Positions 23,335 through 34,885 of a DNA stretch of 64,000 bases are shown here, piece after piece; position 1 is the first letter of the stretch; each line of letters starts with the position of its first letter. The DNA comes from Macrostomum lignano (lineage: Eukaryota), in contig NIVC01002979.1 of NCBI GenBank assembly GCA_002269645.1, positions 1 to 64,000 on the forward strand. The letters are read 5' to 3'. The notes below the pieces were generated by a model, which had not been told where the DNA came from, ran no database searches, and saw only the letters and a program-made list of their open reading frames with translations. The position numbers and the translations under genes are program-made.

Positions 23335-23645
23335 CTGTATTTTGTACAGCTGGCAGAGTTCCATCTTGTACAGATGACAGAGTCCGATCCTATCCTGTAC
23401 AGCTGGCAAAATTTCTATCTTATACAGTCGGCAGAGTTGTACCTTGTACAGATGGCAGACTTCCATCTTGTACAGCGGGCAAAAGTTGTATCTTGTACAG
23501 CTGGCAGTGTTCCATCTTGTCCAGATGACAGAGTCCGATCCTATCCTGTACAGCTGGCAAAATTTCTATCTTATACAGTCGGCAGAGTTGTACCTTGTAC
23601 AGATGGCAGACTTCCATCTTATACAGCTGGCAGAGTTCTATCTGG
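23335..23645. repeat. Compound tandem repeat (~20-bp gtacagctggcagag subunits in a duplicated ~160-bp block)
   Basis: gatgacagagtccgatcctatcctgtacagctggcaaaatttc occurs twice. Confidence 0.85.
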
Positions 23646-24270
23646 TCCAACGCAAGGACGGTATTTTATCTTGCACTCCAGCAGATTATTCTGCAGCGAA
23701 ACAGCTAACAGTAGCATAAAATATTGTTGTGTTGCTACGCTAACGGAACTCCTAGCTATGGTTGCCGAGATTTAGCCAGCTTAATTTACGAGTCGCCATC
23801 TCTGCCCGTAGTCCTCTAACCGCATACAAATGCAATATAGTCGGTAGAGTGTGTGCGCAGCCTCGGAGCATCATAGGGCTCGAATGAATTATCGGTCACT
23901 TCGAGTTCAAAGCGATATATTTCATTCTGACAAGCGTATAAGCTATAGATAGCCATTTGATCTCCTCGGCAAAGAAAAACAACAAAATTTGACAGGGTTG
24001 GGACAAAATCCCCTGCCAGATAAGGAGGATTTTGTTCTGAGAGGAAGAGAACTTTCCCTCTGCAATGACGAACTGCAGTCGAGCGATCTAATTGGTTCAG
24101 CAGCTGAGCCGTCCAATCATTGTGGATTCGTTGGGTTCCGCGTCGAGCCGTGACTAACATATACGGAGCAGGCCGCGATGCAGTTCAAAAAAACTACAAT
24201 TTTCCAACCGGCATTACGAAGAATGACTGATCGGTTCTTGGATTTTTTGAGAGTTTTTTAAGTTACCAGA

Positions 24271-25551
24271 ATGCCCACCAACTGCTCCGATTATTTGAAA
24301 GGCAGCGTTTCTTGGGCCTACAACTCTAGCTGTAGTGCCAGCAACGTCTCTGACGACTCCGATTCCGTTGAAAACTCCGTTGCTCTTTCGGTTGTCAAGG
24401 CAACCTTGATGACCATAATAATAGTGCTAGCTCTGGCCGGCAATGCGCTGGTCATTGTTGCCGTTCTGAAGTTCCGTCGGCTGCGCATTGTAGTGACGAA
24501 CGCTTTCATCGTATCGCTGGCTTGCGCCGACTTTCTCGTAGCCCTGCTAGTGATGCCGTTCAACGCCATGCAGATTGTCGGCGGTCGCTGGCCTCTGGGC
24601 CGAGTTCTGTGCAATGTTTTTAATTCTAATGACGTCTTCTTCAGCACGGCGTCCACCTTGCACCTGTGCTGCATCGGCACCGATCGCTACATCGCCATCA
24701 TGGATCCGTTCGAGTACGAACGTCGAATGTCCAGGCGCCGAGTCAGTCTGATGATCTGCTTCAGCTGGTTAGCCTCGTTGTTAATCTCCTACATACCTGT
24801 GCACACGGGAATTTACACAACCTCGGAGAGTCTGCGCCAGTCCAGGCTAAACCCGACCCTGTGCGTGTTTGAAGTCAACCGAGTCTACGCCCTGATCTCT
24901 TCTACCGTGTCCTTCTGGATCCCCTGCGTCACAATGACCTTCGTCTACGCTAGAATCTACGGCGAGGCGCACAAGCAGGAGAAGGAGATCTACAAGATGC
25001 AGAAGCTGGTGCAGAGCGTGGAGACTGGCTGCTCTGCTAAGCCTCTGCTCGAAGCAAACAGTTGCGCCCCATCATCAAGCGGTCAGCAGCAGCAACTGCA
25101 GCAGCAGCTGCGCTCCGAGCAGTCCACTCCTAGCAACCACCGAGACCGTCGTCGAATGAAACGCGAGCACAAGGCCGCTAAGACTCTCGGCATCATCATG
25201 GGCTGCTTCATCGCCTGCTGGGTGCCCTTCTTCAGCTGGTACACCATCACCCAGGCCGTGTGCCGCTCCTGCCCCTATCCGGAGGTTCTGGTCGAAATTC
25301 TATTCTGGATTGGCTACTTCAACTCCTCGCTGAATCCGCTTATTTACGCCTTTTTCAATCGGGAATTTCGGCACGCTTTCAACAAGTTGCTGCGGCTGGA
25401 CCGGCTGTGCCGACGCTCGTTCGCCAGGCGTCGAGCTGGAGGCGCCGGCCTAAACGGCGGCGATCCGTTCACCCAGGGGTGCCGAATTGGGGGCGGCGGC
25501 ACCGGCGGAGGCCTGGGCAACAGGTACTCCATTGCCGACAGTCAGTTGTGA
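24271..25551 (+). CDS. Class A aminergic GPCR, beta-adrenergic-like octopamine receptor (Octbeta), intronless
   Basis: 7 TM; GNALVI, TM3 NSNDVFFSTAS (D3.32), DRY, SFWIPC, MKREHKAAKTLGIIMG, CWVPFF, FWIGYFNSSLNPLIYA, FRHAF; the Octbeta-type features are recognised from memory. Confidence 0.9.
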   Translation: MPTNCSDYLKGSVSWAYNSSCSASNVSDDSDSVENSVALSVVKATLMTIIIVLALAGNALVIVAVLKFRRLRIVVTNAFIVSLACADFLVALLVMPFNAMQIVGGRWPLGRVLCNVFNSNDVFFSTASTLHLCCIGTDRYIAIMDPFEYERRMSRRRVSLMICFSWLASLLISYIPVHTGIYTTSESLRQSRLNPTLCVFEVNRVYALISSTVSFWIPCVTMTFVYARIYGEAHKQEKEIYKMQKLVQSVETGCSAKPLLEANSCAPSSSGQQQQLQQQLRSEQSTPSNHRDRRRMKREHKAAKTLGIIMGCFIACWVPFFSWYTITQAVCRSCPYPEVLVEILFWIGYFNSSLNPLIYAFFNREFRHAFNKLLRLDRLCRRSFARRRAGGAGLNGGDPFTQGCRIGGGGTGGGLGNRYSIADSQL

Positions 25552-25789
25552 TTTCCTTCTAGGACTGCATCGATTGAGTTGCTGTCCTGTCTGTCTGACT
25601 GCTTGGCACGTGTACAAGTCACTGATAGCTTATGGTACAGCTTATTCTAAGTTTAATCAAAGTTTTTGATTTATCTGTCACTCGTGCTTGTAATTTTAGC
25701 AACTCTCTGTTCAGAATATCAACATTTTCAGCCTTTTAAATTTTGGCATTAATTGCTTGTAACGGCCCCTTTATTCAATATTTTCTTAA

Positions 25790-26975
25790 TAGTCCTGCTT
25801 CTCAAACATTTTTTTCAACTATCAATACCTGTTTCTCAATTATCAATCCCTGTTTCCTAATTATCAATCCCTGTTCCTCAAGTATCAATCCCTGTTTCTC
25901 AAGTATCAATCCCTGTTTCTCAATTATCAATCCCTGTTTCTCAATTATCAATCCCTGTTTCCTAATTATCAATCCCTGTTCCTCAAGTATCAATCCCTGT
26001 TTCTCAAGTATCAATCCCTGTTTCTTAATTATCAATCCCTGTTTCTCAATTGTCATTCCCTGTTTCTCAATTATCAATCCCTGTTTCTTAATTATCAATC
26101 CCTGTTTCTTAATTATCAATCCCTGTTTCTCAATTATCAATCCCTGTTTCTTAATTATCAATCCCTGTTTCTCAATTATCAATCCCTGTTTCTTAATTAT
26201 CAATCCCTGTTTCTTAATTATCAATCCCTGTTTCTTAATTATCAATCCCTGTTTCTCAATTATCAATCCCTGTTTCTCAATTATCAATCCCTGTTTCTCA
26301 ATTATCAATCCCTGTTTCTCAATTATCAATCCCTGTTTCTCAATTATCAATCCTTGTTTCTCAATTATCAATCCCTGTTTCTCAATTATCAATCCCTGTT
26401 TCTCAATTATCAATCCTTGTTTCTCAATTATCAATCCTTGTTTCTCAATTATCAATCCTTGTTTCTCAATTATCAATCCCTGTTTCTCAATTATCAATCC
26501 CTGTTTCTCAATTATCAATCCCTGTTTCTCAATTATCAATCCCTGTTTCTCAATTATCAATCCCTGTTTCTTAATTATCAATCCCTGTTTCTCAATTATC
26601 AATCCCTGTTTCTCAATTATCAATCCCTGTTTCTCAATTATCAATCCCTGTTTCTCAATTATCAATCCCTGTTTCTCAATTATCAATCCCTGTTTCTCAA
26701 TTATCAATCCCTGTTTCTTAATTATCAATCCCTGTTTCTCAATTATCAATCCCTGTTTCTCAATTATCAATCCCTGTTTCTCAATTATCAATCCCTGTTT
26801 CTCAATTATCAATCCCTGTTTCTCAATTATCAATCCCTGTTTCTTAATTATCAATCCCTGTTTCTTAATTATCAATCCCTGTTTCTTAATTATCAATCCC
26901 TGTTTCTTAATTATCAATCCCTGTTTCTCAATTATCAATCCCTGTTTCTTAATTATCAATCCTTGTTTCTCAATT
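25790..26975. repeat. 21-bp minisatellite (tttctcaattatcaatccctg), ~56 copies, no indels seen
   Basis: Minus strand reads (EKQGLII)n in one open frame. Confidence 0.95.
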
Positions 26976-27487
26976 GTGGATTTTCTTTTCGAGTTAATTT
27001 TTTTACTCATCAGAGCCACTAAAACCTGCGTGTTATTCATTGTCATTTGCTCATCTGCGACCAGCACACGGCCTATAGTTGTTTTGCTTGAATAGAAAGT
27101 ATATTCTGTAGTTACGCTCGGCATTTCCTGTTGCCGGGCTTTTTTTCGCTGCTTAACACGAAATGAGACTTTGCCTGACAACTAGCTCGTAACTACAATC
27201 TATTAAACCACTTTAAAGCTCACTTTCAGGGAGGTTATTGACATATATTTTATTTTACGGGATTTAATCGATCACTTTCCCAGACCTAATGCAAGGATAA
27301 TTGCAAATTTATTCGGCAAAAAACTTCAGCCATAGACAACAAGCAAACAAGTAGGCATATGAATTCTCTGAAACTCTTGTAAGAAATAATAATACAATAA
27401 CAGCAATAACACTAATAATAATAATATTGCACGGACTTAGTTCATAGAGTTATCGTTAGTGTAATAAGTGTAATTGTAATACCTCAA

Positions 27488-28190
27488 TTAATTGCTGATG
27501 GTCACACTGCAGTCCTTGAAGTTGAAATTAATCGTCTTTTCGATCTGAACATCAGACGTTCGTTTGTAGCACCGCAGTGCTGATAGACTTCGATGTCCTG
27601 TTCTCTCCATGATGAGCTGTTCATCCACGTTTGCATGGTACAAACGAGTGGCACATGTAGCACGCAGGCTGTGATTAGTTACTCGTCCATTGATTCCTGC
27701 CTCGGTGCACACACCAAGGAAACCACTTCACACCGAGGTTGGCCAACGTTTGCAAATAGAAACGAGTCGCTCCTGCTGGACGCTTGAGTAAATATTCTTC
27801 GAATAGGCTCACATGGCACCTAGCTGAATCTGTAGACTCAAAGTGGACGACCTCCTTTGGCTTAATTCTGGCGTGACTGTTCAATCCACCAGCGTTGGTC
27901 TTTGAAACAGTTTCACGGTATACCAAGCAAAGTTTCTTGTCTCTAATCTCAATAGACAGTTGGTCTATTCTCAAAGCGCTGTGCTCCTCTCCTCCTCTAA
28001 GGGCAAAATGTAGTCCATTAAGATAAAAAAGTGTCCTGAGTAACTTCTTCGGAGTATCATTGCCCAGCACACTGTTCCATAGCTTCTCTTCGTCGGTGTC
28101 AGAAAGCACACATACACTCACTCTCGACAGACCTCTTCCCTCTCTAGCACCAATTTTCATTGCAGCGTCAAAACTCTCTCTAACAAGACG
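27488..28190 (-). pseudogene. Crypton (DUF3504/ZMYM-KCTD1-like) tyrosine recombinase remnant
   Basis: LGNDTPKKLLRTLFYLNGLHFALRGGEEH (R), SKTNAGGL (K), TNHSLR (HxxR), TGHRS (H), RCYKR (Y); frameshift/deletion near 27710; candidate acceptor at 28191-28192 with no upstream exons found. Confidence 0.85.
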
Positions 28191-28199
28191 CTACAATCA

Positions 28200-28470
28200 T
28201 TCAGATTGGGCGCCACTATCATTTAGACTTGGCGCCACTATCATTTAGCCTTGGCGCCATTATCATTTAGACTTGGCGCCATTATCATTTAGACTTGGTG
28301 CCACTATCATTTAGACTTGGCGCCATTATCATTTAGACTTGGCACCACTGTCTGAGAATTAGCGCCAATATCATTTAGACTTGGTGTCATTATTGTTTAG
28401 ATTGGGGGCCACTATCATTCAGACTTGGCGCCACTAATCCACTATCATTTAGATTGAGCGCCACTATTAT
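28200..28470. repeat. 22-bp minisatellite (atcatttagacttggcgccact)
   Basis: About 12 copies directly 5' of the Crypton exon. Confidence 0.9.
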
Positions 28471-29107
28471 CATCTAGAATTTGCAGGTTCGCTTCGCTGC
28501 ATTCCTAGAAAGCATCACAGTCGTCAATCGATAATTGAACAATGAAGTAGCACTAATAAAATTATCTTATTCTATGTGACTCAGTGAAGAAATGAAATCA
28601 GTGAAAGTATATTGCTCTCTGTTTACTCAAACGCACAACTTTCTATTATTGCATTCATCATCGGGGGCTGTACAAATGCCTAGGCTTGAGCGCTGGCCTC
28701 CCAGCATCCCGGCAGCAGTTAATTAGGGCTTCATCCGGTCTCAGGTAATTGGAACTGCCGCAGCCCAAGCCTTATAGACATTGGTCAATTAGCTGCTAAC
28801 TAATTCTGCCCTGTCCGCGGCCGGCCACCTCCACTGCCTGCGGGGCAATCTTCCATCCGCAAACTTCTGCCTCTAGTAGGTAATCTAATTTTCACCTCTC
28901 CCAGCATCCGCATTGTCTGTGTTCCGATGCCAGATTGCTGCTCTCTGCAACTTTCCCGCTGGCCCCGGGAACGCCAGATGAGACGGCAAAATCGAGGGAA
29001 AAAATCAGAGCGGGGCGTTGCGTGCGCTGGCTGGAGGTTTTGAATTTCCTATTTCTTTCGATTGTTTCTTTTACCAGTAACTCACTAACTAATGATTCAA
29101 TTAGCGA

Positions 29108-29157
29108 CTGACAGACAGACAGATAGGCATGGACAGACAGACAGACAGATAGGCATG

Positions 29158-29220
<63 letters not shown>

Positions 29221-29258
29221 GGACAGACACAGACAGGCAGACACAGACAGGCAGACCC

Positions 29259-29293
<35 letters not shown>

Positions 29294-29325
29294 CACAGAC
29301 AGACACAAACGCAGACACAAATACA
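29108..29325. repeat. (GACA)n microsatellite
   Basis: Direct reading. Confidence 0.95.
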
Positions 29326-29979
29326 GACAGTTACAGACGGAATCAGAGACAGGCAAAGTAGCAAACATAACAAACAATTTGAAGGCCAAACAGACCCAAA
29401 CTTGCTGACAAAAGCTAAAGATCACAGTCAGTTTGCTCTCGACTTGAATTGCAAATCGTCAGAAATGTCTATCAATATTTAATGTGAAAGTTTGCGGACT
29501 TCAACTGGCACATCATGCACTTATTGTAAGATATACCGAGATGAAAAGAAGGATGTTATTTCATTCCTCTCCCAGCTCATAACTACTGTTTGGCTTGATA
29601 AATGACCGCGGACACACTGCACAGATCTGCATGCCAGCCGTCCTCAACCCAGATACACTGTGGAGCTCTTTCCATCCTAGTAGGGCATTCCTCTTCATCT
29701 TTGGCCTCGTCTCTAACTCAAAATTAGCACCTACTTTTGCATTGGGAATATTCTTTTTTAGTATTGTTTGACTCATCAGTTCTTTGCTTCTCGCGTCTGG
29801 CGCTTCTGGTTGAACTAAAAATTTCCTGTTACAGTTACGGATGAAGCTGACCTGTAAAATTGCTGGTTTATAGTTTTTTGGCCCTTATTTTTTATGACTC
29901 AAGTGTCTGACTACTCAAATTGCAGTTGTGTTTATTTGTACTGGATAAATTTCTAACAGCACCAATTGTTTTTTTTATC

Positions 29980-30880
29980 CGTAACGATTGTGTGTTTATC
30001 CATAACGAGTGTGTGTTTATCAGTACCGATTTTGTATTTATCAGTACCGATTGTGTGTTTATCCATAACGATTGTGTGTTTATCCATAACGATTGTGTGT
30101 TCATCCATAACGATTGTGTTTTTATCCATAACGATTGTGTGTTTATCCATAACGATTGTGTGCTTATCCATAACGATTGTGTGTTTATCCATAACGATTG
30201 TGTGTTTATCAGTACCGATTGTGCGTTTATCCATAACGATTGTGCATTTATCCATAACGATTGTGTGTTTATCCATAACGATTGTGCATTTATCCATAAC
30301 GATTGTGTGTTTATCCATAACGATTGTGTTTTTATCCATAACGATTGTGTGTTTATCCATAACGATTGTGTGCTTATCCATAACGATTGTGTGTTTATCC
30401 ATAACGATTGTGTGTTTATCCATAACGATTGTGTGTTTATCAGTACCGATTGTGCGTTTATCCATAACGATTGTGCATTTATCCATAACGATTGTGTGTT
30501 TATCAATAACGATTGTGCGTTTGTCCTTAACGATTGTGTGTTTATCAGTACCGATTGTGTGCTTATCCATAACGAGTGTGTGTTTATCCATAACGAGTGT
30601 GTGTTTATCAGTACCGATTTTGTATTTATCAGTACCGATTGTGTGTTTATCCATAATGATTGTGTGTTTATCAGTACCGATTGTGCGTTTATCCATAACG
30701 ATTGTGCGTTTATCCATAACGATTGTGTGCTTATCAGTACCGATTGTGTGTTTATCCATAACGATTGTGTGTTTATCAGTACCGATTGTGTGTTTAACCA
30801 TAACGATTGTGTGTTTATCAGTACCGATTGTGTGTTTAACCATAACGATTGTTTGCTTATCCATAACGAGTGTGTGCTTA
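29980..30880. repeat. 21-bp minisatellite (ccataacgattgtgtgtttat / cagtaccgattgtgtgtttat)
   Basis: About 42 copies in frame; minus strand reads (MDKHTIV)n. Confidence 0.95.
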
Positions 30881-31452
30881 TTGCTCGTAGTATAGATAGA
30901 TTGTGCGTTGATTCACAATGATTGTGTGATTATCAGCACTATTAGTTTGTTTACCAGTACCAACTGAGTGTTTATTGATACATCAATTCTGTGTTTATCA
31001 GTAGCTGTTATCAGCACTTGAAATTATAGTCCGACCGACTCTACGAGCGTATGCAATGCTTTGAAAAAGAAGATTTAAACCAGATTAAGAATGAACCCGA
31101 GCCCAGAATGCTACAACTGTGCGTCCCCGGATGTGCGAGCGAGTATCGAGGCTGTTCGGCTACTTTTTTCATTTTCGAACATTTCTAGGTAAGAAAACTT
31201 ATTCATAAGCCGCTTGTCAATTGCCGGATGAGACTCGAATAGAAATTATAGATGGCTTTTAACATTTTCTCTCAATCATACAGACACGAATATCAGATAT
31301 TTTTGGCTGATTTCCAATCGCGCAGTCCGTATCGTTCGGAAAGAAATTCCAGCCCGTACGCTATCCGGAAGCGTGCGCGGCGGATCAGAGGTGAGGCTTG
31401 GACAGTGCGACTCAACTAGATCGGGTGTGCGGCTTCTCTGTCTCTATGCAGG

Positions 31453-31454
<2 letters not shown>

Positions 31455-31539
<85 letters not shown>

Positions 31540-32030
31540 AAGAGAATAAGACAGGGTGAGAGTGAGACAGAGAGAGAGTGAGACAGGCAGAGTGTGAGAC
31601 AGGCAAAGGGTGAGACAGGCAGAGGGTGAGACAGGGAGAGGGTGAGACAGGCAGAGAGTGAGATAGGCAGAGGGTGAGACAGGCAGAGGGTGGGACAGGG
31701 AGAGGGTGAGACAGGCAGAGGGTGAGACAGGCAGAGGGTGAGACAGGCAGAGGGTGAGACAGGCAGAGGGTGAGACAGGCAGAGGGTGAGACAGGCAGAG
31801 GGTGAGACAGGCAGAGGGTGAGACAGGCAGAGGGTGAGACAGGCAGAGGGTGAGACAGGCAGAGGGTGAGACAGGCAGAGGGTGAGACAGGCAGAGGGTG
31901 AGACAGGCAGAGGGTGAGATAGGCAGAGGGTGGGACAGGGAGAGGGTGGGACAGGGAGAGGGTGAGACAGGCAGAGGGTGAGACAGGCAGAGGGTGAGAC
32001 AGGCAGAGGGTGAGACAGGCAGAGGGTGAG
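31455..32030. repeat. (AG)n followed by a 16-bp minisatellite (gggtgagacaggcaga)
   Basis: Direct reading. Confidence 0.95.
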
Positions 32031-32754
32031 ATCTGAGATAAGCCATGCTATTCGCAGTCTCACTACAATCTGAGCACACATTGGAGAGCGCGCGGGTTCC
32101 TCTTCATTGGTTTCTGGGCCGCACAGGGACTCCTGGTGAAGAGAATCAGATGAAGATCTGTGCCCGCTCTCGTCAGCATCAGGCTGCAGCTCGAGCAGTG
32201 GAGCGGCCATTCGGTTGGTCATTTTCCCCGCAACGCTCTGAAATCCCATCGCCGGCTCATTCAGCCTAAATGATCCCCCCAACCGTCTCATATTTCTGAG
32301 CGCGGCTGGCATGGGGGAAAATTGCAGAGAGGAAGGGAAGAACATATTTTTGTCCCCGGCGGCTGGTCTCTCCGGGCTCGCCTAGCAACACAATTCATCT
32401 ATCTGCTGTAGGCGTGAGGATTAACCATAGTGCGAATTATCACTATCCCGGATACTCTCTCAGATCGTAAATCTGGGGGGGGGGGCGCAGCTCTAACGAA
32501 TCCCCCGGCACTGCTAGCTGAGACCTGATGATGAGATGAGATGAATTGGATTTCTTGATTGAAAAAAAAGATGTTAACGATTTTCGAATGCTTCGATTAA
32601 AAAATTAGCATTGGATTAGAAGTGCAGATTAATTAGGGAAAGGTTGCACATGCAAGCTGCTTTCGGCATAGATTTTCGATATGGTTGACAAGGAGTTGGG
32701 ATACGGCAAGACCGTTAGATAAAATGTGATTAAAATAGAGATAAAATCTCTCCA

Positions 32755-33480
32755 TAAACAGTAAGATAAACTGTGAGATAAACGGTGAGAAAAACAGTGA
32801 GAAAAACTGTGAGATAAACTGGGAGATGAACAGTGAGATAAAATGTTAGATAAACGGTTAGAAAAACAGTGAGATAAAATGTTAGATAAACGGTTAGAAA
32901 AACAGTGAGATAAAATGTTAGATAAACGGTGAGATAAACAGTGAGATAAAATGTTAGATAAACGGTGAGATAAAATGTTAGATAAACGGTGAGATAAACA
33001 GTGAGATAAAATTCTAGATAAACGGTGAGATAAAATGTTAGAAAAACAGTGAGATAAAATGTTAGATAAACGGTTAGAAAAACAGTGAGATAAAATGTTA
33101 GATAAACGGTTAGAAAAACAGTGAGATAAAATGTTAGATAAACGGTTAGAAAAACAGTGAGATAAAATGTTAGATAAACGGTGAGATAAACAGTGAGATA
33201 AAATGCTAGATAAACGGTGAGATAAAATGTTAGATAAACGGTTAGAAAAACAGTGAGATAAAATGTTAGATAAACGGTGAGATAAACAGTGAGATAAAAT
33301 ATTAGATAAACGGTGAGATAAACAGTGAGATAAAATGTTAGATAAACGGTGAGATAAAATGTTAGATAAACGGTGAGATAAACGGTGAAATAAAATGTTA
33401 GATAAACGGTGAGATAAACGGTGAGATAAAATGTTAGAAAAACGGTGAGATAGACAGTGAGATAAACTATGATACAGGCA
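32755..33480. repeat. 12-bp-subunit minisatellite (gtgagataaaat / gttagataaacg)
   Basis: Direct reading. Confidence 0.95.
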
Positions 33481-34274
33481 GGGAGATAGAATGAGACAAA
33501 AAGTGACACAGTGAGTGACACAGACAGCTTAAGATAAAAGTTGTGAGATAAAACTGTTCTGAAACTTTACCTCATCTGTTTGCAGTTTTGCTATAGTGCG
33601 TCGCTTGATTCACGCTGCACCTGACAGCTTCAAGAAAAAAATAATAATTCTAGCGTATATTAATGCTCATCAATTCCCTCTATTCACTGCTCCTAGGTCG
33701 GCCGTCCTTCGCATGGGGACATGCCAAAAATTGGAATATGGAGCTATTTTGAGAAGCCGGTGACATGAATGGTAATAAACCTGTCAGCGGGTGACTGGAG
33801 GAGAGAGGAGCCACTTCGAGCCAAGGAGGACTAAGTCAAAATCTGGATCGGAGTGAAAACGTCCAGAAAAAATCTGGATCGGAGTGAAAGCGGCATTTAA
33901 TTTTAAATCGTCAGGAGGTCGATTGTAGTTGATCCTTGACCAGAGTTCCCTGCTCATTCAGTCTTGAAATAAGACAGAAGAGTAAGAAAATATGATGATG
34001 ATTCTGGGGAGAAACCGGGACACACTCCAGTTGCTGCTTCAAGAGTCTCCATGGTTGAGGCTGGAAGGGAGGCAGCTGTCAAAGCGGATGTTGACTTGAA
34101 GGAAAAGATTTTTCAGGTGGGATTTAGAGGGAAATAATAAGTTGGGGCGCACTGTCTGGTAGCGCATCGAAGCGTGGAGGAGCGAAACGGTCATTTTGGA
34201 AGATGCAACTCGACCAATAGCCGGATTTTTTCGGATTCTTCTTTTTCGGAGGTATAAATGAGTCGAGTTTTAGC

Positions 34275-34885
34275 ACCAAGGGGTGAACATGCACCAAGGG
34301 GTGAACATACACCAAGGGGTGAACATGCACCAAGGTGTGAACATGCACCAAGGTGTGAACATGCACCAAGGGGTGAACATACACCAAGGGGTGAACATGC
34401 ACCAAGGTGTGAACATGCACCAAGGTGTGAACATGCACCAAGGTGTGAACATGCACCAAGGTGTGTGAAGAATCGCAAAGGTGTGAACAAGAGCCAAGGT
34501 GTGTGAAGAAGTGCCAAGGTGTATGAAGAATCGCAAAGGTCTGTGAATAAGCGCCAATGTGTGTGAACAAGCGCCAAGTTGAGAAAAAGCGCCAAGGTGT
34601 GAACAGGCGCCAAGGTGTGTGAACAAGCGCCAAGGTGTATGAAAAAGCGTCAAGGTGTGTGAAGAGGCGCCAAGGTTAGAACAAGCACCAAGGTGTGTGA
34701 ACAAGAGCCAAGGTGTGAACAAGCACCAAGGTGTGTGAACAAGCACCAAGGTGTGTGAACAAGAGCCAAGGTGTGTGAACAAGCACCAAGGTGTGTGAAC
34801 AAGCACCAAGGTGTGTGAACAAGAGCCAAGGTGTGTGAACAAGCGCCAAGGCGTGAACAAGCGCCAAGGTGTGTGAACAAGCGCA
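34275..34885. repeat. 18-20 bp minisatellite (caccaaggtgtgaacatg)
   Basis: Direct reading. Confidence 0.95.

Noticed and set aside
26985-27015. Second hammerhead-like CTGATGA...GAAA on the minus strand
   Set aside because: Stem II pairs poorly and no stem I/III or NUH site can be formed.
28892-29425. Cys/Ser/Val-rich ORFs over GACA repeats (and similar over AG and GAGT repeats)
   Set aside because: Microsatellite translation artefacts.
31108-31188. THAP-like MLQLCVPGC...TFFIF
   Set aside because: Stops after 26 codons; no downstream W...CxxHF motif found.
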